From: a virus
Reading direction: 5' to 3' (one strand)
DNA: 64,000 nucleotides
IMG/VR virus record: IMGVR_UViG_3300029989_000005
The position numbers were made by a program, and so were the translations under genes. The notes below the pieces were generated by a model. It ran no database searches. It was not told the DNA's origin and worked only from the letters and a program-made list of their open reading frames with translations. This document shows, one piece after another, positions 29,030 through 39,154 of the stretch (position 1 is its first letter; every line of letters starts with the position of its first letter).

Positions 29030-29061
29030 GAGAAGCCTGACAGGTTGCTATCAGGCTTCTC
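29030..29061 (-). terminator. terminator hairpin
   Basis: gagaagcctga/tcaggcttctc with T-run on minus strand. Confidence 0.65.
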
Positions 29062-29079
29062 AATTAGTATTTTAAATAA

Positions 29080-29397
29080 TTAAGGATTTAAAACCAAGTC
29101 TTTAGATGAATCAGCTTTCCAAGTACCATCGCCATTATTTCCATCGCTGTTTATTTCAAACCTTGCCCATAATTTTTCATCCGTCTTCCTGTAATTCATC
29201 CGTTCCTGTAGTTTTTTTGTAGCCTCTTCTTTGGCTTTCTCCAAAGTGGTATTTTTAAGAGCAACAGGTTCTATATAAGGATAAGAGCCTTCAAAGCAGC
29301 TAAATCTTATATCACCCTCGAAATTATCAGGAATTGTTGTAAAGTATTTGTCATTTCTACTATTATTATTGCTTTCGAATATTTTTAATTTTTTCAT
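29080..29397 (-). CDS. putative internal head protein (MKKLKIFE leader)
   Basis: N-terminal octapeptide shared with three tandem neighbours. Confidence 0.65.
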   Translation of the reverse strand: MKKLKIFESNNNSRNDKYFTTIPDNFEGDIRFSCFEGSYPYIEPVALKNTTLEKAKEEATKKLQERMNYRKTDEKLWARFEINSDGNNGDGTWKADSSKDLVLNP

Positions 29398-29409
29398 AAT
29401 AATTTACAT

Positions 29410-29649
29410 TTAATCATTTGACACTGTTATATCAAAAACCTCACCAACAATGTCTTTTTCTTGTGGATGGCTTACAGCCCACCCTAATCCCAATATATAA
29501 TCAACATCTTTCATTGTTGCATTATTAAACTCTATTTTATCATCAGTTTCATGTAATTTTTGCAAAAAAGATTTTAATGTATCATTATTAAAATCCTTTA
29601 TATTTTTGGATTCTGAATTATTGTTTTCGAATATTTTTAATTTTTTCAT
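29410..29649 (-). CDS. putative internal head protein (MKKLKIFE leader)
   Basis: Shared N-terminal octapeptide. Confidence 0.65.
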   Translation of the reverse strand: MKKLKIFENNNSESKNIKDFNNDTLKSFLQKLHETDDKIEFNNATMKDVDYILGLGWAVSHPQEKDIVGEVFDITVSND

Positions 29650-29664
29650 AATAATTTATATTTT

Positions 29665-29916
29665 TTAATTGTAATAGTTTCCATCATTTTTCGCTTTAGT
29701 AGCTATTTCCTTGTTGTATATAGCATAAGCTTTATACGCAACCTCTTTAACGGTCAAATTATCAAAGCAATCCATTACATAGTCATAATGGTACATTACA
29801 ACATCTTCAGCAGTCTTTTTATCAGTTCCTGATGAAATCAATTTTGCAATAACCTTTTCTTTTGTAATATCTGTATCAGGGTTAGCATCACCTTCAAAAA
29901 TTTTAAGTTTTTTCAT
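29665..29916 (-). CDS. putative internal head protein (MKKLKIFE leader)
   Basis: Shared N-terminal octapeptide. Confidence 0.65.
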   Translation of the reverse strand: MKKLKIFEGDANPDTDITKEKVIAKLISSGTDKKTAEDVVMYHYDYVMDCFDNLTVKEVAYKAYAIYNKEIATKAKNDGNYYN

Positions 29917-29921
29917 AGTAC

Positions 29922-30335
29922 TTACTTATGAAACCCTAAAGCCTCGTTTTTAGTTTTAAAGAAATTAATAAGATTATAATTAGGTGCTTTTGTAAATGAC
30001 ATCCAAAGATAATAATCAGGATTGACATTACCACCCCAAATTGACAAATCCCTTTGAGGTTTATATCCCCAATAACAAGGTATTTTAAATAATGTAGTAC
30101 CATCTTTAACTTTTATACCTTCCTGTTTATCAGCCCATTTAGCTATATTAGCCACATTGGAATCAAAATGATCATCACCTTGCTTATCGGTAAGATACCC
30201 TCTAAATTTATAGGGATCACCCGCAATTTGGGTTGTCATTCCTGAGCCAGGAGAGTATGATGTCCATAATGAATTTTGTTGAATATAGACAACATCTGTT
30301 GGATTCCAATCCTCGTTTATTTTTAACTTTTTCAT
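29922..30335 (-). CDS. putative internal head protein (MKKLKINE leader)
   Basis: Variant of the shared N-terminal octapeptide. Confidence 0.65.
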   Translation of the reverse strand: MKKLKINEDWNPTDVVYIQQNSLWTSYSPGSGMTTQIAGDPYKFRGYLTDKQGDDHFDSNVANIAKWADKQEGIKVKDGTTLFKIPCYWGYKPQRDLSIWGGNVNPDYYLWMSFTKAPNYNLINFFKTKNEALGFHK

Positions 30336-30838
30336 ATGGTTGATGTACTAATTAATTTTTGATTATTTACTTTTCTTTGAAGAAATCTCTTAATTCTTAA
30401 TAAAAATGCTAAAGGCTTATTTATTTTGTAGTAATAAATATTCTCGAAAAAATCCTTAATTGTTATATTCTCGTTATTAACAGTTATAATTGAATCACCC
30501 GACAAGCATTTACCTGATTGTCTACTTGATAAAAATATATTAAATCTATAGCTTTCAAATTGTCTAAGCACTCTTGATTGATATGGTCTTAATTTTATCT
30601 GTTGAATACCATCATCTGTCATACAATATGCATAATTATTAGCAAAGTATAGACATGATGCTTGTAATTTAGCAAGCTCTGTTATTTCTTTATCGGTATA
30701 TTGGAAATGTAAATAACCTTTCCTTTTCCTTATATCTTTAAGATAAAATGGGTTGTTCCTTGGTAAGTATCCCGTTTTATTATATTCTTTTAATATTTCT
30801 TCTACCCTTTCGGTACTGTATATATTTTCGTTAGCCAT
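30332..30838 (-). CDS. terL: terminase large subunit N-terminal fragment (gp17-like, 110 aa) fused to a 58-aa split-intein N-fragment
   Basis: YFANNY, LRPYQ, NIFLSSRQSGK (Walker A) followed directly by intein block A CLSGDSII (30508), then a stop. Confidence 0.88.
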   Translation of the reverse strand: MANENIYSTERVEEILKEYNKTGYLPRNNPFYLKDIRKRKGYLHFQYTDKEITELAKLQASCLYFANNYAYCMTDDGIQQIKLRPYQSRVLRQFESYRFNIFLSSRQSGKCLSGDSIITVNNENITIKDFFENIYYYKINKPLAFLLRIKRFLQRKVNNQKLISTSTI

Positions 30839-30936
30839 AATATCAATATTTTCGTTGTATTTACCGCTACAGGAGAGGCATTTTCCTTGAACTCAGACAG
30901 TTTTCATGGTATAAGCACAACATGAAAATGTAAAAC

Positions 30937-32154
30937 TTACCAAAGCGAATTAAAAGTCACTAAAGATGAAGGTATTTCTTGTAATCCTATTGCTGATAAT
31001 ATTCTATTTAAATATGCTAAATAATTAGTCATAAATTGTACATCGTATGATACAGGAAACTTCTGCAAAAATTGAGGTGGTATTACACCTATCGGAAAGG
31101 CAAACACATCTGTTGATGCATTTGATGTCCAATACCATTGAACTTTATCACCCGATTTTATTATAGAATATTTTTGCTTTATCTCATTAGATGACATGGA
31201 AATCTCATTATTATATTGTGCTATTGCTCTCATATATGCCTGAGAACCCGCAATTGTCTTTATTTCATTGTTTGAACTTTCAAGAATGTATTTACCCAAA
31301 TTGTTTACCCTTTGTGCGGGTAGGACATTTATTATGTCAGTATGTATAAATTCTTCCTTTACTTGCTTTACTTTTTCTATTATTACCGCATAATCTATAT
31401 TATCTACTTTTATAATATAGTCAATAACAATCTCTTTCAATTTATTACGTATAAATTTTGGTACAGATGCCTGATTTATTTCGAGACCAACGGCTTTTAC
31501 ATTTTCATATCTTCCAAAAGTATTACCATCAGCCCATAATGATTCCTTAATATACCTTTTTTTAGCGGTAATAAGGAATTTACCAACTATTTGCTCAAAT
31601 GTTAAGTTAAGACATGGCTTACCCGATATTCTTGTCTGTAAACCATTATGTAAGCCGATAAAATACGAAAGCATATGACCAAGTGCGGGATATATGTCAA
31701 GTTCGTTTAATTTTAATATGAAATCTTGAACGCTACCTTTATAATCAGTATTCTTAATAATTTTGCCATAATTAACAAATATGGAATCAGTATCACCATA
31801 TATAACAATATCACCTGTCACAGGTATTACCTTTGTTATTCCAAGTTGTTTATGAACATCGTATATGTATGGAAATCTTTCCTTAAAGTACTTATTGAAC
31901 CAAAATTTGGTATATTTAATTACATAAGCTGATTGTGTTGATATTGATGAGGCAACATATTTGTCATATAGTACAAAATTACTAAAGCCAAATACACCAT
32001 ATATTGAATTGAGGATTTTTTTCAAAGATAAATCCTCACTCTTTTTGGTAAATCTCAAGTTTTCAAGACGTATAATTTCATCTTTAATTTCTTGTACTGT
32101 CACCTCTTGTCCTTGCTTAAACCTGCAGTACTGTAAACCTAAATTATATACCAT
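30937..32154 (-). CDS. family B DNA polymerase, C-terminal half (gp43B-like)
   Basis: Motif B KKILNSIYG, motif C YGDTDS, KKRY; no exonuclease domain and no motif A. Confidence 0.88.
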   Translation of the reverse strand: MVYNLGLQYCRFKQGQEVTVQEIKDEIIRLENLRFTKKSEDLSLKKILNSIYGVFGFSNFVLYDKYVASSISTQSAYVIKYTKFWFNKYFKERFPYIYDVHKQLGITKVIPVTGDIVIYGDTDSIFVNYGKIIKNTDYKGSVQDFILKLNELDIYPALGHMLSYFIGLHNGLQTRISGKPCLNLTFEQIVGKFLITAKKRYIKESLWADGNTFGRYENVKAVGLEINQASVPKFIRNKLKEIVIDYIIKVDNIDYAVIIEKVKQVKEEFIHTDIINVLPAQRVNNLGKYILESSNNEIKTIAGSQAYMRAIAQYNNEISMSSNEIKQKYSIIKSGDKVQWYWTSNASTDVFAFPIGVIPPQFLQKFPVSYDVQFMTNYLAYLNRILSAIGLQEIPSSLVTFNSLW

Positions 32155-32156
32155 GA

Positions 32157-33593
32157 TTAAAATTGACCATTTATATTATTGAATATACCACCAAAACCAT
32201 CCGATTCCTTCTTATATTCTTTAACATCATTTTTATTTACATTACTCATAAATTCCATAACCGCATTATCAACCATTACTTCAGAAATTCCTAATGGTCT
32301 TTTTAATTTTATACCTGATAATTTAGTACATCTAGATAAGGCAACATATGTCTGACCCGTGTCGAATATTCCTCTTTCACCTGTATCTATGACATATTCT
32401 TCAATAGTACAAGACTGAGATTTATGTATAGACATGGCATAACCTATGGATATTGGATATTGGATAAATTTTCCTGTACCCATAGACCTAACCTCATTAG
32501 ATGATTTATCAAATTCATATTTTTCAGAATGGAACTCAACCTTGCCTATACTTACAATACAGCCGCTGTCTAATTCAACATCCATAAGCTCACCATCAAA
32601 ATTAATAAGTTTTCCAACAGTTCCATTGATATATTGCCCGCTTTCTCTATCATTTGAGCGAATCATAACCCTAGCACCTATTTTTATTTTTATTACCTCG
32701 TCAACAGCACATTGCTTAACATTGAAATTTCCTTCTACTTTACCAACCAAAGTTATTGGTTTTGAACTTATTTCGTCAAGTTTTTTATTATTATAATATT
32801 CTACATCCTTATTATAAGTACATAATACAATGGCATCATCTTTAATTTCGTTATGAACCATAATTTGGTTATGTTCATTAAGCTGAGAACGTGTTATTGT
32901 GCCATATTTTATAGAATTTAAAAATGAAATAAATTTTTCATCTTTCTGTCTAAAAATTCTTGTAAAATTTATGGTTGTAATTGGTACAAATTCAAATGGT
33001 TTTGCTGAATAAAAGTATTTTGAGCCAAATGTATGCCTGATATAATCCATTTCAGATTTATCTGAAATTACAGGTGGTAATTGGTATAAATCACCAACTA
33101 ATATTAGCCTCTTTCCACCAAAAAATTCGTCTATATTAAGTGCTTTTCTATAAAATTCGTCTATTGCCGAAAGCATTAAAGATGAAACCATTGATATTTC
33201 ATCTATAACTAATGTTTCGGGTATGGCATACTTTTCTAAGCTATTTTCATTTGGCTTATGTATATTACACGGAAATAAAGGCTTAGGTGGGAATCCAAAA
33301 TAAGAATGTATGGTTTCACATTCTATACCATCTGTTCTTAGGTTGTTGGCGGCAACCCCTGTAGGAGAAAGCACAACATACGAACCAAGTTTCATGTTTG
33401 ATAATAAAAGTTTTAGGAACGTAGATTTTCCTGAACCCGCAGAACCTGTTATAAAAAACACACCGTTTTCTGTTGTTACAGTATCATATGCCTTTTCAAA
33501 TTCGTCTGTTATTTCTAACCAATCAGGTTTAATAAGTTTTGATAAATCAGCCATTTTTATTATATTTTGTAATTTTATATAAAAACAGACCAA
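32157..33593 (-). CDS. PIF1/RecD-family SF1B helicase
   Basis: GSAGSGKST, DEISMV, GDLYQLPPV, IFRQKD, YAMSIHKSQ, YVALSR. Confidence 0.92.
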   Translation of the reverse strand: MVCFYIKLQNIIKMADLSKLIKPDWLEITDEFEKAYDTVTTENGVFFITGSAGSGKSTFLKLLLSNMKLGSYVVLSPTGVAANNLRTDGIECETIHSYFGFPPKPLFPCNIHKPNENSLEKYAIPETLVIDEISMVSSLMLSAIDEFYRKALNIDEFFGGKRLILVGDLYQLPPVISDKSEMDYIRHTFGSKYFYSAKPFEFVPITTINFTRIFRQKDEKFISFLNSIKYGTITRSQLNEHNQIMVHNEIKDDAIVLCTYNKDVEYYNNKKLDEISSKPITLVGKVEGNFNVKQCAVDEVIKIKIGARVMIRSNDRESGQYINGTVGKLINFDGELMDVELDSGCIVSIGKVEFHSEKYEFDKSSNEVRSMGTGKFIQYPISIGYAMSIHKSQSCTIEEYVIDTGERGIFDTGQTYVALSRCTKLSGIKLKRPLGISEVMVDNAVMEFMSNVNKNDVKEYKKESDGFGGIFNNINGQF

Positions 33594-33599
33594 TATTAA

Positions 33600-34373
33600 T
33601 CAAGCCTCATATGAACCCTCAGCATTTACAAGCCTACTCAAAGGTACTCTATTGCCATCACGAAGCTCTTTAGGGTTTGAAAGATTTAAGGAATTTATCA
33701 TTGAATTTGTTATCAACGATGTAAGGAATGAAAAAGCATTAGATGATTCAAGCATTGTGTATTTTATACAATGGCAGTCAACGATTTCTGTCTTTTGAAA
33801 TTTATCTTCAAATATAGTTTCCTGTAACCTTGATTCATCACCTATTAATTTAAAACACACATCTGAGAATACAGACATATCTTCTTTGTTAAAAATGTCA
33901 ATTATGGAAAGCTTTTTTTGAACTGTGTAATTTGTACATCTAATCACACCTTGTGATTGATACTTTTCTTTTACTAGATTAACTATATTTTTAAGAGTTA
34001 TATTTTCATTTCTTCCTAAAGATACTATATCATTTTCATAATTAGCGTCTTCGCCTATTGTTATAGATATTATACCATAGTTTTTAATATTGATCTCAAT
34101 TTTATCTCCAACAATAAAATTTTGACATAATTTAATTGCCGCACAATTATAAATATTAAATGTTCTCCAATATTTACATAGATCATGAGTTGCTGTTGAG
34201 ATTGCATCCTCTCGTATATCATCGGTAGCTAAATAGAACCTTTTACCAACATGTAAGCAATGCTTTCTGAACATATTCAGAAAATCTGTACTGAGTTGAT
34301 TGTTGATTATACATTTTCTAAGTTCAACATCATATCTTTCCCTGTCTATGTAATAATTGTTCTGTTTTGCCAT
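33600..34373 (-). CDS. late-transcription sigma factor (T4 gp55-like) with large insertion
   Basis: NYYID..., DIREDAIS.A..DLCKYWRTFN ... NAFSFLTSLITNS; next to portal; start moved to ATG 34373. Confidence 0.6.
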   Translation of the reverse strand: MAKQNNYYIDRERYDVELRKCIINNQLSTDFLNMFRKHCLHVGKRFYLATDDIREDAISTATHDLCKYWRTFNIYNCAAIKLCQNFIVGDKIEINIKNYGIISITIGEDANYENDIVSLGRNENITLKNIVNLVKEKYQSQGVIRCTNYTVQKKLSIIDIFNKEDMSVFSDVCFKLIGDESRLQETIFEDKFQKTEIVDCHCIKYTMLESSNAFSFLTSLITNSMINSLNLSNPKELRDGNRVPLSRLVNAEGSYEA

Positions 34374-34380
34374 AATAGTA

Positions 34381-36081
34381 TTAATTTGTATGTGGTGATT
34401 CTTCTTCAATCATTGTTTTGTTTTTCTCAAATTCTTCCAATGTCATAATTGCGAATTTGTCAATATATAGATATTTTTGAGAGTACATTGGTTGACCTTT
34501 ATCATTTTTTATAGCCTCATACAATTTAATCATATCGAGTTTTTTCTTAACTGTCATTGTTTGTTTGGCATCCTCAATCAAGAAATTGGCATTGTGTTTT
34601 ATTCCAAACGATGTTCTAAAAGATTTGTCTGCTTTTAATTCTTTATGTTTAAGCATACAATTTATATAAATTGGTGCTGAAAGTACTTGGTTAAAAGTAG
34701 TCATCATACGATTTATAAAATTGAAGTAAGATAAATCCTCATAGGATAAGTTATCATCAGCGTAAAATATAACCTTTCCACCACCATTATTATCAGCTCT
34801 ATCAAATCGTTTTGTTGGAAGTCTAGATATTTCGTTTAGTCTACCATTAAAATAATCAACAACTTTCATGTTTGTCAAATCTGGACCTTCCTGTTTAAGT
34901 GTGTCTATCTGTGATTGAGAACCATTAACCGATGGTACTACAATATTCCTTGAGTACGATATAGATGGTTGACCGTTTACAGTAACCTCACCACTGTCAA
35001 AATTTATAAGTAATGTTTCTTTAAAATGATTAACAAATTTCCTTAATGCTTCAAGTGCTTTATCTGTTGTTTTATTACCAACAGGTACTACCATCTTTAT
35101 ACGTGATTGGCAATTCATGATAAACCAACCAACTGTAGCATCCTCTAATTTTCTTTTTAAGTTGAAATCCCTGAGTAATCTTTCAACATAAGACAGATTT
35201 CCTGTAGTATCTATATCCAAATATGGTATATAAAGTATTTGATTTTCAGATAATGTTACCCTACTACCATCTGTTTTTACATATTCCCAACCTTTAATTT
35301 TTTTCTGATTCTCACTAAGATCACGTATATCAACATATTTAAGCCTATTTGGGTCAATTTCAACAAATCCTATAATTTTTACAGGATATATATCCTCTTT
35401 CTCAGTGCCATCTGTATAAAATTTACTGTTTTCATACATTTCAAATAGGCTTTGTATTTTATCAAGACCACTTTGGACTTTGGCTACTTGACCTTTGTAT
35501 ACTTTAACTCTTTCTTTATCATCTTTTTCTAATTTCAGATTTTCATTTATGGAAACTAATGATTTTTTAAGTTTAATTATTTGATCATTAAGTTCTGCTT
35601 TTGTTTTATATTCATACAGGATTTCGTATGATAGACACCCATCTATTAGCCATTGTCTGTATTTTTTCCAAGCTACATTTTCTCCATCAAAATCCAATAG
35701 TGAATATACATCCTCAAAAAATGACATTATTGATTCCTTTACATCCTTTTGGTATTTTTCATTTGTAAATTTTATTTCACAGTACCTGTTGAATTCGTTC
35801 GTTATAACTGAATCATCACATACACAATCTAATATATATTCTATTTCAGGATACGTGGAAAATTTTCTTAAGTATTTTCGTTTTTCGTTATAACTAGATT
35901 TTGAATATGAATTGTCCTCGTATGTATCTTCATGCCCTCTAGACCAACTACTATAGGCTTTATATAAATCATCCTCATATGTTATAGAATTGGTTTCTTT
36001 AATTATAGAATAATCAATTCCTATATTACCAAGCCGTTCAGCTAGTTTTGTTATAGGTTTAAACAATATTGGTATAGCCAT
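34381..36081 (-). CDS. portal protein (T4 gp20-like)
   Basis: YPEIEYILD, RQWLIDG, LSYVERL, LEDA, IDTL..GP, VDYF..RL..SRLP..RF. Confidence 0.85.
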   Translation of the reverse strand: MAIPILFKPITKLAERLGNIGIDYSIIKETNSITYEDDLYKAYSSWSRGHEDTYEDNSYSKSSYNEKRKYLRKFSTYPEIEYILDCVCDDSVITNEFNRYCEIKFTNEKYQKDVKESIMSFFEDVYSLLDFDGENVAWKKYRQWLIDGCLSYEILYEYKTKAELNDQIIKLKKSLVSINENLKLEKDDKERVKVYKGQVAKVQSGLDKIQSLFEMYENSKFYTDGTEKEDIYPVKIIGFVEIDPNRLKYVDIRDLSENQKKIKGWEYVKTDGSRVTLSENQILYIPYLDIDTTGNLSYVERLLRDFNLKRKLEDATVGWFIMNCQSRIKMVVPVGNKTTDKALEALRKFVNHFKETLLINFDSGEVTVNGQPSISYSRNIVVPSVNGSQSQIDTLKQEGPDLTNMKVVDYFNGRLNEISRLPTKRFDRADNNGGGKVIFYADDNLSYEDLSYFNFINRMMTTFNQVLSAPIYINCMLKHKELKADKSFRTSFGIKHNANFLIEDAKQTMTVKKKLDMIKLYEAIKNDKGQPMYSQKYLYIDKFAIMTLEEFEKNKTMIEEESPHTN

Positions 36082-36141
36082 AAATTTATTTTATATTATT
36101 TAAACAAATATTGTTTAAAAGTTTCATTATCTTATATTTAA

Positions 36142-36170
36142 AAAGCCTGTAATTGTTCATCACAGGCTTT
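36142..36170 (-). terminator. terminator hairpin
   Basis: aaagcctgt/acaggcttt. Confidence 0.6.
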
Positions 36171-36190
36171 ATTTGTACTATATTTGTAAC

Positions 36191-36904
36191 TTATTTGCTT
36201 GTTTTTGCTTTTTTGTTTTCAAAAACAGCTTTACGATACCTTTTCTTTACTGATTCATTGATTGATTTTTTAATACCATCTTTACAGGCTTCATCAATAT
36301 TTTCTTCATTGTTCACAATTGCATCAACTGTAGCATCAACTATGTCACCAACAACATCAGATGGAATACCCGCATCTACCATTGCACCAACCAAATCATT
36401 AACAGATATTGTTTCAGTACCTGTAGCACTTGTGGCAGCGATTATTTGATCTTTTACATCATCAGTAACAGATTCAGTACCTGTTAATATACCATCAATA
36501 TCTCCACTTTCAATAATTTTATCATCAATTATTTCATCCGCCTCTGATTCTGTGATTTCTGTGATTTTTGCTTTACCACCTTCATTTGCCTCAGCTTTTT
36601 TTATAATTTCATTTGATAACAAAATCTCAGGGTCAAACTGTTGACCATCCTCAGATTGGAAATATCCATTGTCAGAAACAAAAGAACCGCTACCATTTGA
36701 AAAAGTACCTTGGTCATCTACATATGTTAATGTTGAATCAACAGGTAAAACAACCTTATCATCAACACTTAAATCATCTGTTGTTTTGTAAGTGTCACCA
36801 TCTGTTAGCTCAACACCAAATTTTTCAGAAGCGAAATTTTCAAAAACAGGAAGTTTTTTACCAATTTTAGACTTAAAAGTTTCGTTGATTTTATAAGCTT
36901 TCAT
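36191..36904 (-). CDS. acidic prohead core/scaffold-like or internal head protein
   Basis: MKAYKINE leader, repeated INE/FE motifs, very acidic, upstream of portal. Confidence 0.5.
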   Translation of the reverse strand: MKAYKINETFKSKIGKKLPVFENFASEKFGVELTDGDTYKTTDDLSVDDKVVLPVDSTLTYVDDQGTFSNGSGSFVSDNGYFQSEDGQQFDPEILLSNEIIKKAEANEGGKAKITEITESEADEIIDDKIIESGDIDGILTGTESVTDDVKDQIIAATSATGTETISVNDLVGAMVDAGIPSDVVGDIVDATVDAIVNNEENIDEACKDGIKKSINESVKKRYRKAVFENKKAKTSK

Positions 36905-36969
36905 AATTAGAATTTTTAATTTTTATTATTTAGTAATATTACTATCATTCATTGATTTATAATTTTCAT

Positions 36970-37695
36970 TTAATAGTTTGCCGATAAGTTTTCAAATATA
37001 TCATTTATTCGTTTCTTCATCATTATATAAATGTTTCTGTGTATCCTATCCAATTCTTCAATAAATACTTGTACCTTTTGTTTATTTCTTGATTTTACGT
37101 ATCTTACGCAAATTTCTAATGTTTTGTCCATATCTATTGATGGAACTAAAGTTCCTAGTTGCCTTCCGTTGATATAAAATTCATTCATATAATCAACGCT
37201 TTTATTCCTGTGTATAAGTATAATACTTCTTACTAGTTCTGTTATTTTTCCATCATCATTTCCACAAATTTCATCGGATTCCAAGGTATTATACAACGAT
37301 TTAATCATATCAATTTTCTCTGAATCGAAAATTGATTTTATTATTACTACAGATTGCTGTAAGTTTATTTCTTTCTTTGCATCATTATCTATTTTTTCTG
37401 AAACTTTTTCCAAATATGCACTAACACGTTCCAATGTTGGTGCTATCGCTGCTATATCCCCTACAATCTTTGATGTTTCAGAATTACTTGATTTAATGAA
37501 TTGTTTAAACATCATAAGGAAAACAATCATAAAAACAGTAAACAAAGAAATTGACATCCAAATAGCAAATGATGTATTAGTTGTTGTTAAGCCGTATTTT
37601 TCAATATCCGATGATAATTTACCTATATTTTCTGCATTATTTTTGACAGACTGATTTACGACCTGTTGTATAACATCCAATAGTATAACTCCCAT
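36970..37695 (-). CDS. membrane protein (single TM), holin-like position possible
   Basis: TM segment FAIWMSISLFTVFMIVFLMMF followed by soluble domain. Confidence 0.55.
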   Translation of the reverse strand: MGVILLDVIQQVVNQSVKNNAENIGKLSSDIEKYGLTTTNTSFAIWMSISLFTVFMIVFLMMFKQFIKSSNSETSKIVGDIAAIAPTLERVSAYLEKVSEKIDNDAKKEINLQQSVVIIKSIFDSEKIDMIKSLYNTLESDEICGNDDGKITELVRSIILIHRNKSVDYMNEFYINGRQLGTLVPSIDMDKTLEICVRYVKSRNKQKVQVFIEELDRIHRNIYIMMKKRINDIFENLSANY

Positions 37696-37747
37696 AGCTC
37701 AAAAATTTTATTTTAATTATTTAATAAAATTTGATACGTATATTATA

Positions 37748-39148
37748 TTATTGGGGTAGTATTTTGTAACTTTCAGGCGGTATAACACCCGATGCTTCGG
37801 TCATACGCATATGTTGGTACTCTACATTCATTTTTAGGTAATAATCCTTATAACGTGAATCTCTAATTTTTAAAAATTTAAAATAAAATTCTTTATTCAT
37901 ACGCATAGTTTCGGGTGTTATCATACCAATCACATTATCAGCTCTATGGAAAAGTCCACTTGATTCAGATAAGAAGCTTCCCATCTCTATATCTGATGTA
38001 TTGGCATTTTTAATTGTAGCTTGATGTGCTGTTACCATTGCCCAATCATTGTCAACACCTGCTTGAAATAGTACCTCAGCATTGGATTTATGATAAGAGT
38101 ACATACTTTCGGGAGAAATACCAAAATCATTACCAAGTTCTGTAAGATAATCCAAAATTATAGCATCAAAATGTATACCTCTTTCCTCTTCAAGTCTTTT
38201 TATATCAGAAACAATTGTAAGTGGGGTTGCCTTTGAATATCTCATACCCAAGAATACTCCAACACCTTTTGCATCATGTATTATGTTTCTTAAGGCATCT
38301 TGTACAACATCCTGAGATTCAGAAAAACGTGCGTATTCATACATTGGTATATTTAGTATATTACTACCTATCCTCTTGTATATTTTATCTATACCCATTT
38401 CAAGAGATACAAGTACAACATTTTTCTTTGCAATAGACATTCCCGCAGCTAAATTACCCAAAACTAATGATTTACCACTGTTTGGTGCACCCGCAAATAT
38501 AGTTAAAGTTCCAGGAGCAAAACCGCCATTTTCCTCAAAATCGGACAAAGCTTGGTTAATAGCGGGAAATCCACTATTAACATAATTTTCGGCTTTCATC
38601 TGAACATGTTCTTTAGCATCCCAAAAATCGTGTATCTCAGCCTCATGCATGTCGATACAAGAACGTCTAACAACCATGTCTTTTGCTCTGTTGATGATTG
38701 TCTTAACATTGTCGGGTGTTATAGTCTGTGTCTGCATGTATTTTACAGCCGATTTGTAACCCTCTTGAGCATTTTGCCAACTAATCCAAGAACCAACGGT
38801 TTCTTTAAGCCATATGTCAGAATAATTATTGATGTTTGTTGATATTATATGCCTTGAAATATTTAAGAATCTACTTATATTTTCATCAACATTGCTGTTG
38901 GCATCAATGATATAGTTTTCTTTGTCTTCCTTTACTAAGACCTCTATTTGCCCGATATCAGGGCTAACAGTGTCAAAGAGAGCCTCCCTGAACCTAGTAT
39001 TGAATTCTTTAGCTAACCTAAATAAAAGCCTACAATATGAATCCTTAAAAAAAGATTCATCAATTTTAGCCATCAAATTTAGGTTATTTCTTCTTTGGGT
39101 GTAACAAAATACTATTTGCTCAAAATCCGTTGTACTGTTATCTATCAT
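37748..39148 (-). CDS. replicative DnaB-like helicase (T4 gp41-like)
   Basis: FAGAPNSGKS, VSLEM, IILDY, VTAHQ, LSES, LKIR. Confidence 0.9.
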   Translation of the reverse strand: MIDNSTTDFEQIVFCYTQRRNNLNLMAKIDESFFKDSYCRLLFRLAKEFNTRFREALFDTVSPDIGQIEVLVKEDKENYIIDANSNVDENISRFLNISRHIISTNINNYSDIWLKETVGSWISWQNAQEGYKSAVKYMQTQTITPDNVKTIINRAKDMVVRRSCIDMHEAEIHDFWDAKEHVQMKAENYVNSGFPAINQALSDFEENGGFAPGTLTIFAGAPNSGKSLVLGNLAAGMSIAKKNVVLVSLEMGIDKIYKRIGSNILNIPMYEYARFSESQDVVQDALRNIIHDAKGVGVFLGMRYSKATPLTIVSDIKRLEEERGIHFDAIILDYLTELGNDFGISPESMYSYHKSNAEVLFQAGVDNDWAMVTAHQATIKNANTSDIEMGSFLSESSGLFHRADNVIGMITPETMRMNKEFYFKFLKIRDSRYKDYYLKMNVEYQHMRMTEASGVIPPESYKILPQ

Positions 39149-39154
39149 TAAAAT

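Noticed and set aside
30870-30884. 15-bp match (caggagaggcatttt) to the terminator arm at 17922-17936, upstream of terL-N
   Set aside because: Single short match without its complementary arm; no function can be supported
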